Counted from the first letter of the stretch, positions 37,732 to 47,814 are shown. The stretch is DNA of 64,000 nucleotides from Acidisarcina sp. (GCA_036401395.1 DASWUZ010000123.1:3597-67596), one strand, 5' to 3'. Numbers and translations are program-made. Notes: a model not told the origin generated them from the sequence alone.

Positions 37732-39171
37732 CTAACGCCAGACGTGAGGTGCATGGACCGCACTGCTGCGACGCCGGCCCAGAAATCTCCACGCGGCCAC
37801 CAGTGCATAAGCCGCAAGAACAGTAAGTATCGGGTCAACCAGCAGCCGAAATCTGAAGTCCGGATGAGTCACATAATATGGCAACGGGAACAGAAGTAAC
37901 GGCAGCAGGAACAGCCAGGCCAGCTGTCGTTTCCTCTTGAAAAGAAGCAGCAATCCAACCATCCCGAGGCAAGAGACACCGGCCGCATGTAGCGTAACCA
38001 GCCCCGAGTTACTCACCCCGCCCTGAGCCCACCCCAGCCAAAACGCCGGGATCCGCCAGGCGGTCCTCCGCAAAAACTCTAACGGGTACCTGCGAATGCT
38101 GGCCTTGCCGCGCTCCGCCCGGTCGCGCATGTAAGCGACCTCGCCCATTGCGGCATACTCGCCGTACTGTACCTTGCTAAGCATCGGATGCAGCGTCTCG
38201 ACAAACCGCCCGGTCCCGCCGTGCTGATTCCCGTTCCACAATTCATACCCAAGGTTGCTGCGAAACGGTATGAAGGCGTGCATCACACGCAGGTTCCGCA
38301 CAGGCCAGGGAAGGAAGACCGCGAGCATGATTGCCAATGCTGCAAGCGGCGCATAACGCGGGCAGCGGGGGCTAAGCAACGCCGCACACCTGCCGCGGCG
38401 CACAAAAATGTGCCAGCCTCCGGTCACAGCCCAACCAAGTATTGCAAACAAAGCCACAAAAAGTGACGGGTTGATTAACATCGTTAGCCCAGAGGCCAGC
38501 CCCGCCCCGCACCACAACAACAGGGACGGACGCCGCGCCAAACGCAATGCCATGGCTACCATTGCGGTCAGCAGCATGGTCGAAGCACTCGTGTCCCAGA
38601 AGATGATTGGCATCCATACCAGCGCCGGCGAGAGTGCCCAGCCGAACCCGGCTAAGTTCGCAACTCTCACCCCCAGTGAGACTCGGGCGATATGAACAAT
38701 CATGGCTACCGTCGCCACGCTGAAGGCCACATGCAGCAGCAGGATTGCCACAGTGGATTGCTGTGTAAGTATTCCGAAGAAGCGAAAGATGACCGAGATT
38801 ACAAACGGGTACCCCGGCGCGATGAACGCCGTCGGCCCCGTCGAGCCGCCGAAGGGTGAATTGAACGGCTGGCCCAGCGCCAGCAAGCGCCCGAGAATTC
38901 CCAACTCCATCCCCTTGGTAAACAGCCAGCCGCGCGGGTAGTGCGAAAGCACGTAATACACCACCGCAAGGCGAGGAAGCAGAGCGACAATCAGAATTGT
39001 TTTGAAATGGAGTTGGGGAAGTCTTATGGGGACCCGCTCGGCATTCCGCGGGAAGGGCACGATGGCCAAAGCAGCAGCGTGCCCCAGCACCAAGGATTGG
39101 TCGCGGCCGGCAGTCTGTTCCGTCGTCGGCATGACCGACGGCGCGCCCGGAATAACTACTGACTTAATCAT
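37732..39171 (-). CDS. Polytopic membrane protein, GT-C-fold glycosyltransferase-like (ArnT/PMT family-39-like)
   Basis: ORF 479 aa with more than 10 hydrophobic helices and a short loop between TM1 and TM2. Overall layout resembles GT39/GT83 enzymes. No catalytic motif verified. Confidence 0.5.
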   Translation of the reverse strand: MIKSVVIPGAPSVMPTTEQTAGRDQSLVLGHAAALAIVPFPRNAERVPIRLPQLHFKTILIVALLPRLAVVYYVLSHYPRGWLFTKGMELGILGRLLALGQPFNSPFGGSTGPTAFIAPGYPFVISVIFRFFGILTQQSTVAILLLHVAFSVATVAMIVHIARVSLGVRVANLAGFGWALSPALVWMPIIFWDTSASTMLLTAMVAMALRLARRPSLLLWCGAGLASGLTMLINPSLFVALFAILGWAVTGGWHIFVRRGRCAALLSPRCPRYAPLAALAIMLAVFLPWPVRNLRVMHAFIPFRSNLGYELWNGNQHGGTGRFVETLHPMLSKVQYGEYAAMGEVAYMRDRAERGKASIRRYPLEFLRRTAWRIPAFWLGWAQGGVSNSGLVTLHAAGVSCLGMVGLLLLFKRKRQLAWLFLLPLLLFPLPYYVTHPDFRFRLLVDPILTVLAAYALVAAWRFLGRRRSSAVHAPHVWR

Positions 39172-39216
39172 GAGTTACTAGCTGGGCATGGCAACTTAGG
39201 AACCGTAAGGGGTGAG

Positions 39217-39585
39217 TTAGACGGACGAAGCAAGAAAGTCGACCTCCAGGCAGTCGCCCACCTGGAGGCCGGTAGCGGCAATCTGCCCCGCAGTCAGTTC
39301 CAATACAGACCTGATCGCGAAACTCACAGCCGTAAGACGATACGGGACGAGATCAGGCCAGACTCTGACCACACGCATCCCCGCATCAAGACCGACAACA
39401 TCAATTGGGAAGCGCATCCCAACGGTATGTACTCCTGAAGATGGGCGAATCAGCAGACCGCTTCCAGCCTCGATACCGCCCCTGCCCAATAGCCCCAAAG
39501 CACGGGTCAGAGAGGTCTCCGCCAATAGAATCCTATCCCCAACCAGATTCGACCGGGTCAGGTTCCTGATCGCAACCTGGCGCAT
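39217..39585 (-). CDS. DUF192 domain protein
   Basis: ORF 122 aa. LLAETSLTRALGLLGR...GLLIRPSSGVHTVGMRFPIDVVGLD matches the DUF192/COG1430 pattern. Confidence 0.7.
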   Translation of the reverse strand: MRQVAIRNLTRSNLVGDRILLAETSLTRALGLLGRGGIEAGSGLLIRPSSGVHTVGMRFPIDVVGLDAGMRVVRVWPDLVPYRLTAVSFAIRSVLELTAGQIAATGLQVGDCLEVDFLASSV

Positions 39586-39598
39586 GAAGACGGAAGAA

Positions 39599-39694
39599 CT
39601 AGGCCGTCTTGCTTTTCCTGCGGTAAATTAAAACGCCAACAACTACTACGGCCAGAACGGCGGCGACGATGCGAATGAGCGATGCTGTATCCAT
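39599..39694 (-). CDS. Unannotated 31-aa single-TM peptide (MDTASLIRIVAAVLAVVVVGVLIYRRKSKTA)
   Basis: Not in the ORF track (under 60 aa). ATG at 39692-39694 is preceded by AAGGAG (39705-39710, 10-nt spacer). Hydrophobic helix followed by a basic YRRKSK anchor. Its stop lies 13 nt upstream of the DUF192 start. Confidence 0.5.
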   Translation of the reverse strand: MDTASLIRIVAAVLAVVVVGVLIYRRKSKTA

Positions 39695-40250
39695 GAGTAA
39701 AATTCTCCTTGTGCTGATTTGACTGACTAAACTCGGGTAACCCAATTTTGTCTCCAGGCGCATACAGTTAGCGATGGAGATGAAACATCCTCAACACAGT
39801 TACTCTATCGGCGGCGACGGCCACTGCCTTGATATAGAAACTCCCCGCAGCAAGGCGGACGGGAATAATTCGTGTGCAAGTCCCAAAACGATAACCGGTC
39901 CAAATGTCTTTTACTCTCGTGAAGGTAATTCAGTTTCGAGGCCATAAGTCCGCCAGGGAAAGGCCAATCAGCACCGGCGCGAGGGCCAGCATAAGGAGCA
40001 GGCTAGTCATGGCTGGCCCACTTCGCCTGGGCACTAAAAAACTTTTCCGGGTTTGTAGCCTTGAAGCACTCTGGCATTGGTCCCCCTCGTGCAGCATTAA
40101 ACTTCCCGACCCAAATACCCGGCCCGGCCGAACACCCGGCTTCGGCCCAACACGACGCTCCGGCACTTATAGCCCGCCCCGGTATCCTCACATCGAGCGG
40201 CCGGATCCGGCCAACTGTCGAACTGTCAGACTGTCATCAATCTGCCCGGC

Positions 40251-41153
40251 TCACTTGCCCAGCGTCTGTAGCAGAGAGCCGATGCTCAGCACCGCCGGCG
40301 CCAGCAGCACTATGAAAATGCAGGGAAAGATAAACAGCACCAGCGGAAAAAGAATCTTGATCTTGGTCTTCGCCGCTGCCTCCTCGGCAAGCTGGCGCCG
40401 TCGCATACGCATATCTTCGGCAAAACGGCTCAAAGCACGAATGATTGGGGTACCGAATCTGTCGGTCTGGATCAGCATGGTCACGAAGGAAGTGAATTCC
40501 TCGATCTTGGTGCGGTCGGCCATGCTCTGCCACGCCTCGATCCGGCCCTTGCCGGCGCGCTGCTCAAAGTTGATCTGCGAAAACTCCTCGTTGATCTCCT
40601 TGTGCGACAGGCTCAGTTCATGGCCCACCCGCTGCAGCGCCTGATCCAGACCGAGACCCGCATCGACGCAGATCACCATCAAGTCAAGCGCGTCGGGAAT
40701 GCTGCGCCTGATCTTTTCCCCGCGCGCCTTGATCTTGCGCCGCAGCCAGAAATCGGGCAGCAGGTAGCCCACCGCGCCCAGCGCCAGCACCCAGAAAAAG
40801 CTGATGCTCGCCAGGAAACTTCCCGCAATCACCCCCAGCAGGGGGCAAACAAAGCGGGCCAGCACGTAAAGGTCGTGCGTCCTCCGGCCGCGCAGGCCGG
40901 CACTCACCAGGCGCTGCTCCACTTCCTTGTTCTCGCCAAGGCCTGCGCCCACCCTGACCCGTTGCGCCAGTGACAGCGCGGCCTCGCGAAACGCCTCCCG
41001 CGGCCCGATTTTTCGGGCATCGACGCGCGTCCCCTCGACCAGGCTGACCATGCGCCGCTCGGCCAGCGATGGCCTCAGCAGTATCGGTGCCGCCAGCAGC
41101 GCCAGCACCAGAAAAACGGAGACCCCGAACCCAACCAGCAGCACTCCGCTCAT
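40251..41153 (-). CDS. tadC: Tad pilus platform protein TadC (T2SS F-family)
   Basis: ORF 300 aa. T2SSF domain with N- and C-terminal TM helices. Overlaps the tadB stop. Confidence 0.85.
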   Translation of the reverse strand: MSGVLLVGFGVSVFLVLALLAAPILLRPSLAERRMVSLVEGTRVDARKIGPREAFREAALSLAQRVRVGAGLGENKEVEQRLVSAGLRGRRTHDLYVLARFVCPLLGVIAGSFLASISFFWVLALGAVGYLLPDFWLRRKIKARGEKIRRSIPDALDLMVICVDAGLGLDQALQRVGHELSLSHKEINEEFSQINFEQRAGKGRIEAWQSMADRTKIEEFTSFVTMLIQTDRFGTPIIRALSRFAEDMRMRRRQLAEEAAAKTKIKILFPLVLFIFPCIFIVLLAPAVLSIGSLLQTLGK

Positions 41154-42115
41154 ACTTCGATCCCGTTCACGATCTTGCGAATCGCCAGGCTGCCTACCAC
41201 CATCAGGCCGATTCCGATGTAGAGCAGCTTCTGGCCCGCGGGGGTCGAAAACAGTACGTGCGAATAGCCGGGATCGACCAGGTTGATCATCACCATCATC
41301 ACGATCGGCAGCGCGCTCAATATCCAGCCCGTGAGCCTTCCCTGCGCCGTCTGTACCTGAATCTCGCCATGAATGCGCAGCCGCTCGCGGATCACGAACA
41401 CCGTGCGGTCGAGGATCTCGGCCAGGTTGCCGCCGGTGTCCTTCTGCACCAGGATCGCAGTCACCAGCACCCGCAGGTCCTGGGACGGCACCCGCTCCAG
41501 CAGCTGCATGAGCGCCTCGCGGATCGGGAGACCGAAATTCTGCTGCTTGAACACTTCGGCGAACTCGGACCGGGCGGGCTCGACCGCTTGCGCCGCCATC
41601 ATCTCGATCGACGAGACCATGGAATGGCCTGCCCTGAGCGCACGGGCCATCATGTCAATGGCGTCCGGCAGCGCGGCGTTAAACTGCTTTACCCGGCGCG
41701 CCCGCTTGAACGAAAAATAGCCAAAAGGCACATAGCCGGCAATGCTCGCAGCCAGCAGCTCGACCGGCAGCACCGGCGCAAATACCACGGCGATAAAGTA
41801 GCCGAACGCGCCCAGTCCCGCTGCAAACAGCAGCAGCCCGGTCAGGGAGATAGAACTCTGCGCCTGGCGCAACGAAATCTCCAGCTTGCGAAAGATGTCG
41901 TATCTCGTCAGCAGGCTTTCAAAGCCGCTGCTCTGCTTGCCCTGCTTCTTCCAAAGCTCCGCGATATCGCTGCCGGTCGTGACCGCCCCCGGCGTCACCT
42001 TGATGACGGAAAGGCGCTCTTCGAGGCTCTTCTCCTCGTCCGTGGCGCGGGTAGCGATCGCGATCACGGCAAAGGTGAGCAACATGATTCCAAGGAATAC
42101 GAGCACCAAAATCAT
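41150..42115 (-). CDS. tadB: Tad pilus platform protein TadB (T2SS F-family)
   Basis: ORF 41150..42196 trimmed to ATG 42115 (MILVLVFLGIMLLTFAVIAIA), 9 nt after the cpaF stop. T2SSF domain. Confidence 0.85.
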   Translation of the reverse strand: MILVLVFLGIMLLTFAVIAIATRATDEEKSLEERLSVIKVTPGAVTTGSDIAELWKKQGKQSSGFESLLTRYDIFRKLEISLRQAQSSISLTGLLLFAAGLGAFGYFIAVVFAPVLPVELLAASIAGYVPFGYFSFKRARRVKQFNAALPDAIDMMARALRAGHSMVSSIEMMAAQAVEPARSEFAEVFKQQNFGLPIREALMQLLERVPSQDLRVLVTAILVQKDTGGNLAEILDRTVFVIRERLRIHGEIQVQTAQGRLTGWILSALPIVMMVMINLVDPGYSHVLFSTPAGQKLLYIGIGLMVVGSLAIRKIVNGIEV

Positions 42116-42123
42116 GACCCGCC

Positions 42124-43476
42124 TCACACTTCCATCGAATGGTCGAGCAGCCCGGTTGGGATCGGAATCCCCGCGCTCTTGAACTTGTCCGCACACTTGG
42201 GCACGATCCCGGTGGCGTGAAACCGTCCCATCACCTTGCCCTCCGGGCCTATGCCCCGCTTCTCAAACAAGAAGATGTCCTGCATGCTGATGACGTCAGT
42301 GAAGGACCCCGTCAGCTCCGAGATGTGGGTGACCCGGCGGCTGCCGTCGCTCATGCGCGAGGCCTGCACGATGATGTTCACCGCTGAGGCGATCTGGGAA
42401 CGGACGCCCTTCTCCGGCACCCGCACATCGCTCATCATGGACATCGTCTCCATCCGGGCCAGGGCGTCGCGCGGAGTATTGGCATGAATAGTAGTCATCG
42501 AGCCGTCGTGGCCGGTGTTCATCGCCTGCAGCATGTCCAGGGTCTCGGCGCCGCGCACTTCGCCCAGGATGATCCGGTCGGGCCTCATGCGCAGCGCGTT
42601 GATCACCAGCTCGCGCTGCCTCACCGCGCCGTTGCCTTCAATGTTTGGCGGACGGGTCTCGAGCCGCACCACGTGCTCCTGCTTCATCTGCAGTTCGGCG
42701 GAGTCTTCAATGGTGACGATCCGCTCCCGCTCGGAGATGAACCCTGAAAGCACATTCAGCAGCGTGGTCTTGCCGGAGCCGGTGCCGCCGGAGATGACAA
42801 TGTTCAGCCGCGCCTGGACAGCGCCTCTTAAGAGATCGACCATCGGCTGGGTCAACGCCTTGTTGCGCAGCAGGTCGTCCACGCCCAGCGGAGTGGAACC
42901 AAAGCGCCGGATCGAGAGGATCGGCCCGTCGATCGCCAGCGGAGGGATGATGACGTTTACTCGCGAGCCGTCTTTCAGGCGCGCATCGACCATCGGCGAG
43001 GATTCATCCACCCGCCGCCCAACCGCAGAGACAATCTTGTCGATCACGTGCATTAAATGGCGGTCGTCCTTGAAGACGATGCTGGTCTTCTCAAGCACGC
43101 CGCGGCGCTCGATATAGACCGTGTTCCAGGTATTGACCAGGATGTCCGAGATGGTGCCGTCCTTGAGCAGGGGCTCAAGCGGGCCCAGGCCGAATACTTC
43201 ATCGACCACCTCCTGCGCCAGACGGTCCCGCTCGGCCGCGCTGAGCGGGATGCCCTGCTCTCCGATCAACTGTTGAATCAGGGCGAAGAGCTGCTGCTGC
43301 GAGGCGCGCGTGCCCTGAATCTGGTCCAGCTTGTCGAGATCGAGACGCTTGATCAACTCATGGTGGACAGCGGACTTGATCTCCTGTTGGAGCTTGTCGG
43401 CCACCGGCCTATAGGTGCGCGCCGGCACTACCGCCGCCCTCCGCCCATTGCCGATATCGAGATTCAGTTCCGCCAT
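42124..43476 (-). CDS. cpaF: CpaF/TadA secretion ATPase
   Basis: ORF 42124..43509 (TTG start) trimmed to ATG 43476, which has GAGGAAGG upstream. Walker [10 protein letters not shown]. VirB11/T2SS-E family Asp and His boxes ([20 protein letters not shown]). Confidence 0.92.
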   Translation of the reverse strand: MAELNLDIGNGRRAAVVPARTYRPVADKLQQEIKSAVHHELIKRLDLDKLDQIQGTRASQQQLFALIQQLIGEQGIPLSAAERDRLAQEVVDEVFGLGPLEPLLKDGTISDILVNTWNTVYIERRGVLEKTSIVFKDDRHLMHVIDKIVSAVGRRVDESSPMVDARLKDGSRVNVIIPPLAIDGPILSIRRFGSTPLGVDDLLRNKALTQPMVDLLRGAVQARLNIVISGGTGSGKTTLLNVLSGFISERERIVTIEDSAELQMKQEHVVRLETRPPNIEGNGAVRQRELVINALRMRPDRIILGEVRGAETLDMLQAMNTGHDGSMTTIHANTPRDALARMETMSMMSDVRVPEKGVRSQIASAVNIIVQASRMSDGSRRVTHISELTGSFTDVISMQDIFLFEKRGIGPEGKVMGRFHATGIVPKCADKFKSAGIPIPTGLLDHSMEV

Positions 43477-43545
43477 TTCGTGCCTTCCTCTTGCCTTGCC
43501 AGTGCGCAATAGTTTGCTCCATCACGCACGATACCTGTCAGTCCC

Positions 43546-44781
43546 CTACCTACCCAGGCCCCAGAAGGTCTTCTTCTTCTCCACCGGTCGCGTCCCGCTT
43601 CCATTTCCGTCGGCGTGTGCGATTTCGTCCGACCACTTCGTCATCTGCTCGGCGAAGACGGATTTCTTGCCCGGCATCACCAGCTCGCCAATGTTGATCG
43701 AGTTGATCAGCTCGGCAAAGCTGTTGGGTATGCGAATCGAGATCGGCAGACGGATGGCTTTTTCAATCTGTTCCACGCTGACCGCCTCGCGGGAGCCGTA
43801 CCGGTTCATCACCACGTGCATGGTGGCCTTGACCTGGCTGGTCTTCACCAATTGGTCTACAAAGGCGGAGAGGTCCCTGATCGCCCCGATGTCGGGAGTC
43901 GCCACCAGGTAGACCTGGGCGGAGCGCTCCATCACGGTGGCGTTGCTGGGCTCAAACGAGGTGTCGCAATCGATCAGGATGTAGTCGTAATGCTCGCTGA
44001 GGAAGTCGAGCATCAGCTCCATCGACCGAGGATCGACGACCGCCGCGACAGTGTAGGTGCTGGGCGAGGAGAGCACTTCAACGCCCGAGGAATGGGTAGC
44101 GATGAACCCCGCCAGCAACTCCTTGTCGAGCCGGTTCACGTTGGTCAGCAGCTCATAGAAGTCGTATTGGCTGGCCCCCAGCCCGAGGTACAGGCACACA
44201 TGGCCCAGCTCCAGGTGATGGTCGATCAGCAGCACCTTTTTATTGTGAAATTTGGTCAGATATACCGCCAGGTGGACCAGCAGGGTAGTCGTCCCGACCC
44301 CGCCCTTGGCGCCAAAAAAGGACAGGACATTCGCGGTACCCCGCACCGTGCCCGTGTCCGCAGGCCAGCGTTGCTCGATCCTCAGAAAGGCGTCCGTGAG
44401 CTCCGCGCCGTCGAGCGGCATGGCCAGCATTTCGGTGAAGCCGCAGCGCATTGCCTCCAGCAGGCTCGCGGTCTCGACCACCGCCGAGAGGGCCAGCACC
44501 GCGACCTTGCCATAGAACGTCTGGTGCAGCAGAGTGGCCGTCTCAATGGCCGCCGCAGGGTCCCCGTCCCAGTCCACCACGGCCACGACGAAGGAGGCGC
44601 TCTTCACCGGCTGGGGGAAGAACTGGTACCTGGCGGGGGAGAGGTGGGCCCCGCAATCGAACGAAATCACGTCGCGGGGCAGCGTCGAGGCCACCTGCAG
44701 CACCTGCTCGACCGTCTCGGCGTCTAGGCCGACGGTCAGCACCGCAAGGGTGAGGCTATCGGGACTGGGGCGTAACTCCAT
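43546..44781 (-). CDS. cpaE: CpaE/TadZ-like pilus localisation ATPase (receiver-like N-domain plus ParA/MinD-like domain)
   Basis: ORF 411 aa. Deviant Walker A FFGAKGGVGTTTL. Sits between the secretin and the ATPase, as in tad loci. Confidence 0.8.
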   Translation of the reverse strand: MELRPSPDSLTLAVLTVGLDAETVEQVLQVASTLPRDVISFDCGAHLSPARYQFFPQPVKSASFVVAVVDWDGDPAAAIETATLLHQTFYGKVAVLALSAVVETASLLEAMRCGFTEMLAMPLDGAELTDAFLRIEQRWPADTGTVRGTANVLSFFGAKGGVGTTTLLVHLAVYLTKFHNKKVLLIDHHLELGHVCLYLGLGASQYDFYELLTNVNRLDKELLAGFIATHSSGVEVLSSPSTYTVAAVVDPRSMELMLDFLSEHYDYILIDCDTSFEPSNATVMERSAQVYLVATPDIGAIRDLSAFVDQLVKTSQVKATMHVVMNRYGSREAVSVEQIEKAIRLPISIRIPNSFAELINSINIGELVMPGKKSVFAEQMTKWSDEIAHADGNGSGTRPVEKKKTFWGLGR

Positions 44782-44879
44782 TACTCTTCCTCTTCTTCAA
44801 CAGTTGCCGAGCTTCTGGAACTGTCCTGCCGACATCTGTTCGGACTGCAATTCGCAAACAGCTGACTCACGAACGCGCG

Positions 44880-46445
44880 CTAGCTGGGCGGAGGGGGATA
44901 AGCCTTGACCGCGCTCGGAAACTTCTTGTCGAACTGGTCCTTGTCGAGCACAGGGACCACGAATTTCGGCTGCTCCATCTGGTCGCCCGAAGGCTCGGAG
45001 TGCAGAGGATCGACGATGGCCGGGGTCACGATCACTACCAGCTCGACCACCGAATGGGTGATCTTCTTCGACCGGAACAGCGCGCCCAGAATCGGGAGAT
45101 TTCCTGCCACCGGCACCTGGTTCATAATGTCGGTCGTGCGGCGATCGAGCAGCCCCGAGATAGCGAAGCTCTGCCCATCGCGCAGTTCAACCTCGGTATC
45201 GGCACGGCGAGTCGAGAGCGCGGGAATGGTGTAGCCCGAGATGGCTACCGCGTTGGTATAGTCGAGCGCTGAAACCTCGGGCGCGACCTTCAATAAAATG
45301 GTGCCATCGGGATTGACGAAGGGAGTAAAGTCGAGCTTCACCCCGTAAGGGCGAAACTGGATGGTCACCGAGACCGAAGAACCTGTGCCTCCGCCCTGGA
45401 TCACAGGAAAGGGAAATTCGCCGCCGGACAGGAAGGAGGCCTTCTGACCGCTGACCGTTGTAATCGTAGGCTCGGCCAGTATCTGCACAATCTGCCGGCT
45501 CTCCAGCGCCTGGATAGTGACACCTACACTTAAGCTGTTGTTGAACAGAAACAAATTCAGCGGGTCGCTGATGCTCAGCGTCGTGCTGCCTGGCGTTCCG
45601 CTGCTGCCGCTGTTGCCAGTCACCGAAGTCGTCACCGGAAACTGGCCAGTGGTGACGCCGCTCGGGTTCTTGGGGCCGCCGAAGAAGTTCAGGCCGAACT
45701 CGTCCAGCTTCGACCGGTCGATCTCGACGATCCGCACCTTGAGCTTTACCTGGGCAGGATGCGGAGGGGTCAGCACGATGGCGTTGACCACGTTCTTCGA
45801 GTAGACCCCCGCCATCTTCGCCGCCGCGTCGATCACCGTCTGATCGCCCGCACTCCCCGAAAGCGACAGATTGTCTTCGTCCGCAACAACGTCGACGTTG
45901 TCCAGAGGGAACGCCCGCCGCAGCGCGATCCGCAACCCAGCCATGTCGAGCGATGCGACGATCAGGTAGGCCTGCGACCGGCCGTCCTCGTCCCACAGGA
46001 CCAGGCTGCTCGTGCCGGCCGCCTTGGCGGTAACCACGATCTGTTTTGGATTGGCGGTGTAGGAATCGAGCACCAGCGGATTGCTGACATAGACCCGCTT
46101 GAGGCGCACTGTGGTGTCGAGGAAGATCGAATGCCCGACCACTATGGGCAACAGTTCTCCCGCCGATGCAGCGTGGCTCAGCGGAGCAACCGATGCGGTA
46201 GCGATTAAAGCGCCGTCGGATGCCTGGACGGGTGGGACCGGGCTTGCTGCCTGGGCGGAAGCTCCCGGAGCACTGGCAAGGAGCGCCGAGTCGGGTTTTG
46301 CTGCGGCTGAGCTAGCTCCGGCTGAACTTGTTACCGCTGAACCTGCTGCCACGGCCACAATTATTAAAGAGAGGCGAATACTCCCTCCCAGCCATGCTCC
46401 TCGGCTCGCGACGCGGGATCTCTTGAGTTCGTTGAATGTCTTCAT
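44880..46445 (-). CDS. cpaC: CpaC/RcpA secretin
   Basis: ORF 521 aa. Pilus-formation N-domain (VGHSIFLDT...TAKAAGTSSLVLWDE). Secretin C-domain (VPVAGNLPILGALFRSKK...LVVIVTP). Confidence 0.9.
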   Translation of the reverse strand: MKTFNELKRSRVASRGAWLGGSIRLSLIIVAVAAGSAVTSSAGASSAAAKPDSALLASAPGASAQAASPVPPVQASDGALIATASVAPLSHAASAGELLPIVVGHSIFLDTTVRLKRVYVSNPLVLDSYTANPKQIVVTAKAAGTSSLVLWDEDGRSQAYLIVASLDMAGLRIALRRAFPLDNVDVVADEDNLSLSGSAGDQTVIDAAAKMAGVYSKNVVNAIVLTPPHPAQVKLKVRIVEIDRSKLDEFGLNFFGGPKNPSGVTTGQFPVTTSVTGNSGSSGTPGSTTLSISDPLNLFLFNNSLSVGVTIQALESRQIVQILAEPTITTVSGQKASFLSGGEFPFPVIQGGGTGSSVSVTIQFRPYGVKLDFTPFVNPDGTILLKVAPEVSALDYTNAVAISGYTIPALSTRRADTEVELRDGQSFAISGLLDRRTTDIMNQVPVAGNLPILGALFRSKKITHSVVELVVIVTPAIVDPLHSEPSGDQMEQPKFVVPVLDKDQFDKKFPSAVKAYPPPPS

Positions 46446-47248
46446 TGGAAACTGGTCACCGACTGCTTGGTTCCGAGTACGGTTTCAACCGCGTAGGGTT
46501 TCGCTTGCGGCTTCGTGCCTGCCTGGGGATGCGGCGCCACTGGATCAGGCGCGGAGCTGACCAGTTGCGACAGTCCGATCGGCTTCATGTCCGTCTGCCC
46601 GCGGTCAGCGCCATTGCGAAGCACGAAATGGATCGTCCCCTGGGTGCTTGCCAGCACCGCGCGGTTGGCGTCCTCCGGCTTGAGCATCAGGGTCACAACA
46701 TCGACGCTTGCCTGTTTTACGTCGGGGTCGGGATTGATCTGGTGCCCTGCCGCCAGCACAACCACGTCCTGCAGCACAGTCGCGGTGGTAGGCTCAGGCG
46801 CCTTTTCCGATCTGTAAGTGACGACTACATCGACATGGGTACCGGGGAACAGAAACCCGGCCACGCCCACCACTTCATCCGAGCGCAGGGAGATGGCCCG
46901 CATACCCTGGGGAATCTTGCCCGTCAGGCCCGCTCCCGAACCGGCCTCGGCCAGCTGGCGCTCCAGTACCGGCTCACCCTCGGCGAGGGGGAAGAGCACC
47001 ACCCGGCCTACCAGGTCGTCAGCCTTGACGAAGGCGCCTTTCAACGGCACCGAAACCGGCCAGTCAACCATGCGCAGGCTCTCCGGCTTCAGCAATTCGC
47101 CCGCGTCGAGCGCGCGGCCCGCCGCGGCGTAGCCCACGCTCACCGCCGCAACTGCCGGATGAGCGCCCACCTTGCGGCTGAGCCAGTACGTAAACACTCC
47201 TGAAACCACCAGCGCGAGGATCAGCGCCACCGTAATACGCCTGGTCAC
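46442..47248 (-). CDS. cpaB: CpaB/RcpC Flp pilus assembly protein
   Basis: ORF 268 aa. N-terminal TM, then SAF-like and RcpC domains. Overlaps neighbours at both ends. Confidence 0.85.
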   Translation of the reverse strand: MTRRITVALILALVVSGVFTYWLSRKVGAHPAVAAVSVGYAAAGRALDAGELLKPESLRMVDWPVSVPLKGAFVKADDLVGRVVLFPLAEGEPVLERQLAEAGSGAGLTGKIPQGMRAISLRSDEVVGVAGFLFPGTHVDVVVTYRSEKAPEPTTATVLQDVVVLAAGHQINPDPDVKQASVDVVTLMLKPEDANRAVLASTQGTIHFVLRNGADRGQTDMKPIGLSQLVSSAPDPVAPHPQAGTKPQAKPYAVETVLGTKQSVTSFQ

Positions 47249-47814
47249 TTCGCCACCGCCATCAGGCTCTCAAGGGCCCGTCCGTGCACAGTCAGCGCCA
47301 GGGTGAGCGCGCTTCCGCCGGCGATGGCCACCGCGTAGGGCAGCCGCAGGGTAGCGGAGTTCAGCAGGTTCAAATCAGGATGAGGCCGCAGCCCGCTGGT
47401 GCCATGGTGGACCAGCAGCGCTCCCACATTGATCAGGGTCGCCTTGAGGCGTCCGCGCGAAACGGCCAGCAGCACCGCCAGAATGCCTCCTGCCAGCGCC
47501 GTCAGCAGCAGCAGCGAAGTGATCCGCGGCATACCGGCCAAGGCCGCCACCGCCGCGATCAGCTTCACGTCGCCCGCACCCATGCCGCCAGCCAGATAGA
47601 AGATCAAAAACACCGCCCCGGCGATCAGCCCTGCGGCCGCCGCCGAACCCAGACCCCGCCAGCCGTCCAGTCCGGCATGGAGCGTCAGTCCGAGCACAAA
47701 GGCCGGCACGGTGAGCAGGTTCGGTACCCGGCGGCTTTTCACGTCGTAGAACGCTCCTATCATGGCGCATAAAAGCGACGCTGCCGCGTAAGCGAAGTCT
47801 GGTCGAAACGTCAT
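47245..47814 (-). CDS. tadV: Prepilin peptidase, A24 family (CpaA/TadV)
   Basis: ORF 189 aa, polytopic. Two catalytic Asp contexts: FYDVKSRRVPN and GGMGAGDVKL. Confidence 0.85.
   Translation of the reverse strand: MTFRPDFAYAAASLLCAMIGAFYDVKSRRVPNLLTVPAFVLGLTLHAGLDGWRGLGSAAAAGLIAGAVFLIFYLAGGMGAGDVKLIAAVAALAGMPRITSLLLLTALAGGILAVLLAVSRGRLKATLINVGALLVHHGTSGLRPHPDLNLLNSATLRLPYAVAIAGGSALTLALTVHGRALESLMAVAK

Noticed and set aside
39930-40010. 26-codon hydrophobic ORF (MTSLLLMLALAPVLIGLSLADLWPRN) in the tadC-distal spacer
   Set aside because: No Shine-Dalgarno sequence, no coupled neighbour, and it is part of a longer implausible track ORF. It cannot be distinguished from chance in GC-rich DNA.
39904-40644. 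246-aa forward ORF. Similar long ORFs antisense to real genes occur at 41069-42220, 43615-44727, 36352-37113, 62191-62922 and 46436-47203
   Set aside because: These are shadow ORFs of high-GC genes. They are Arg/Pro/Ser/His-rich with no recognisable domains, and each overlaps a confidently assigned gene on the other strand.
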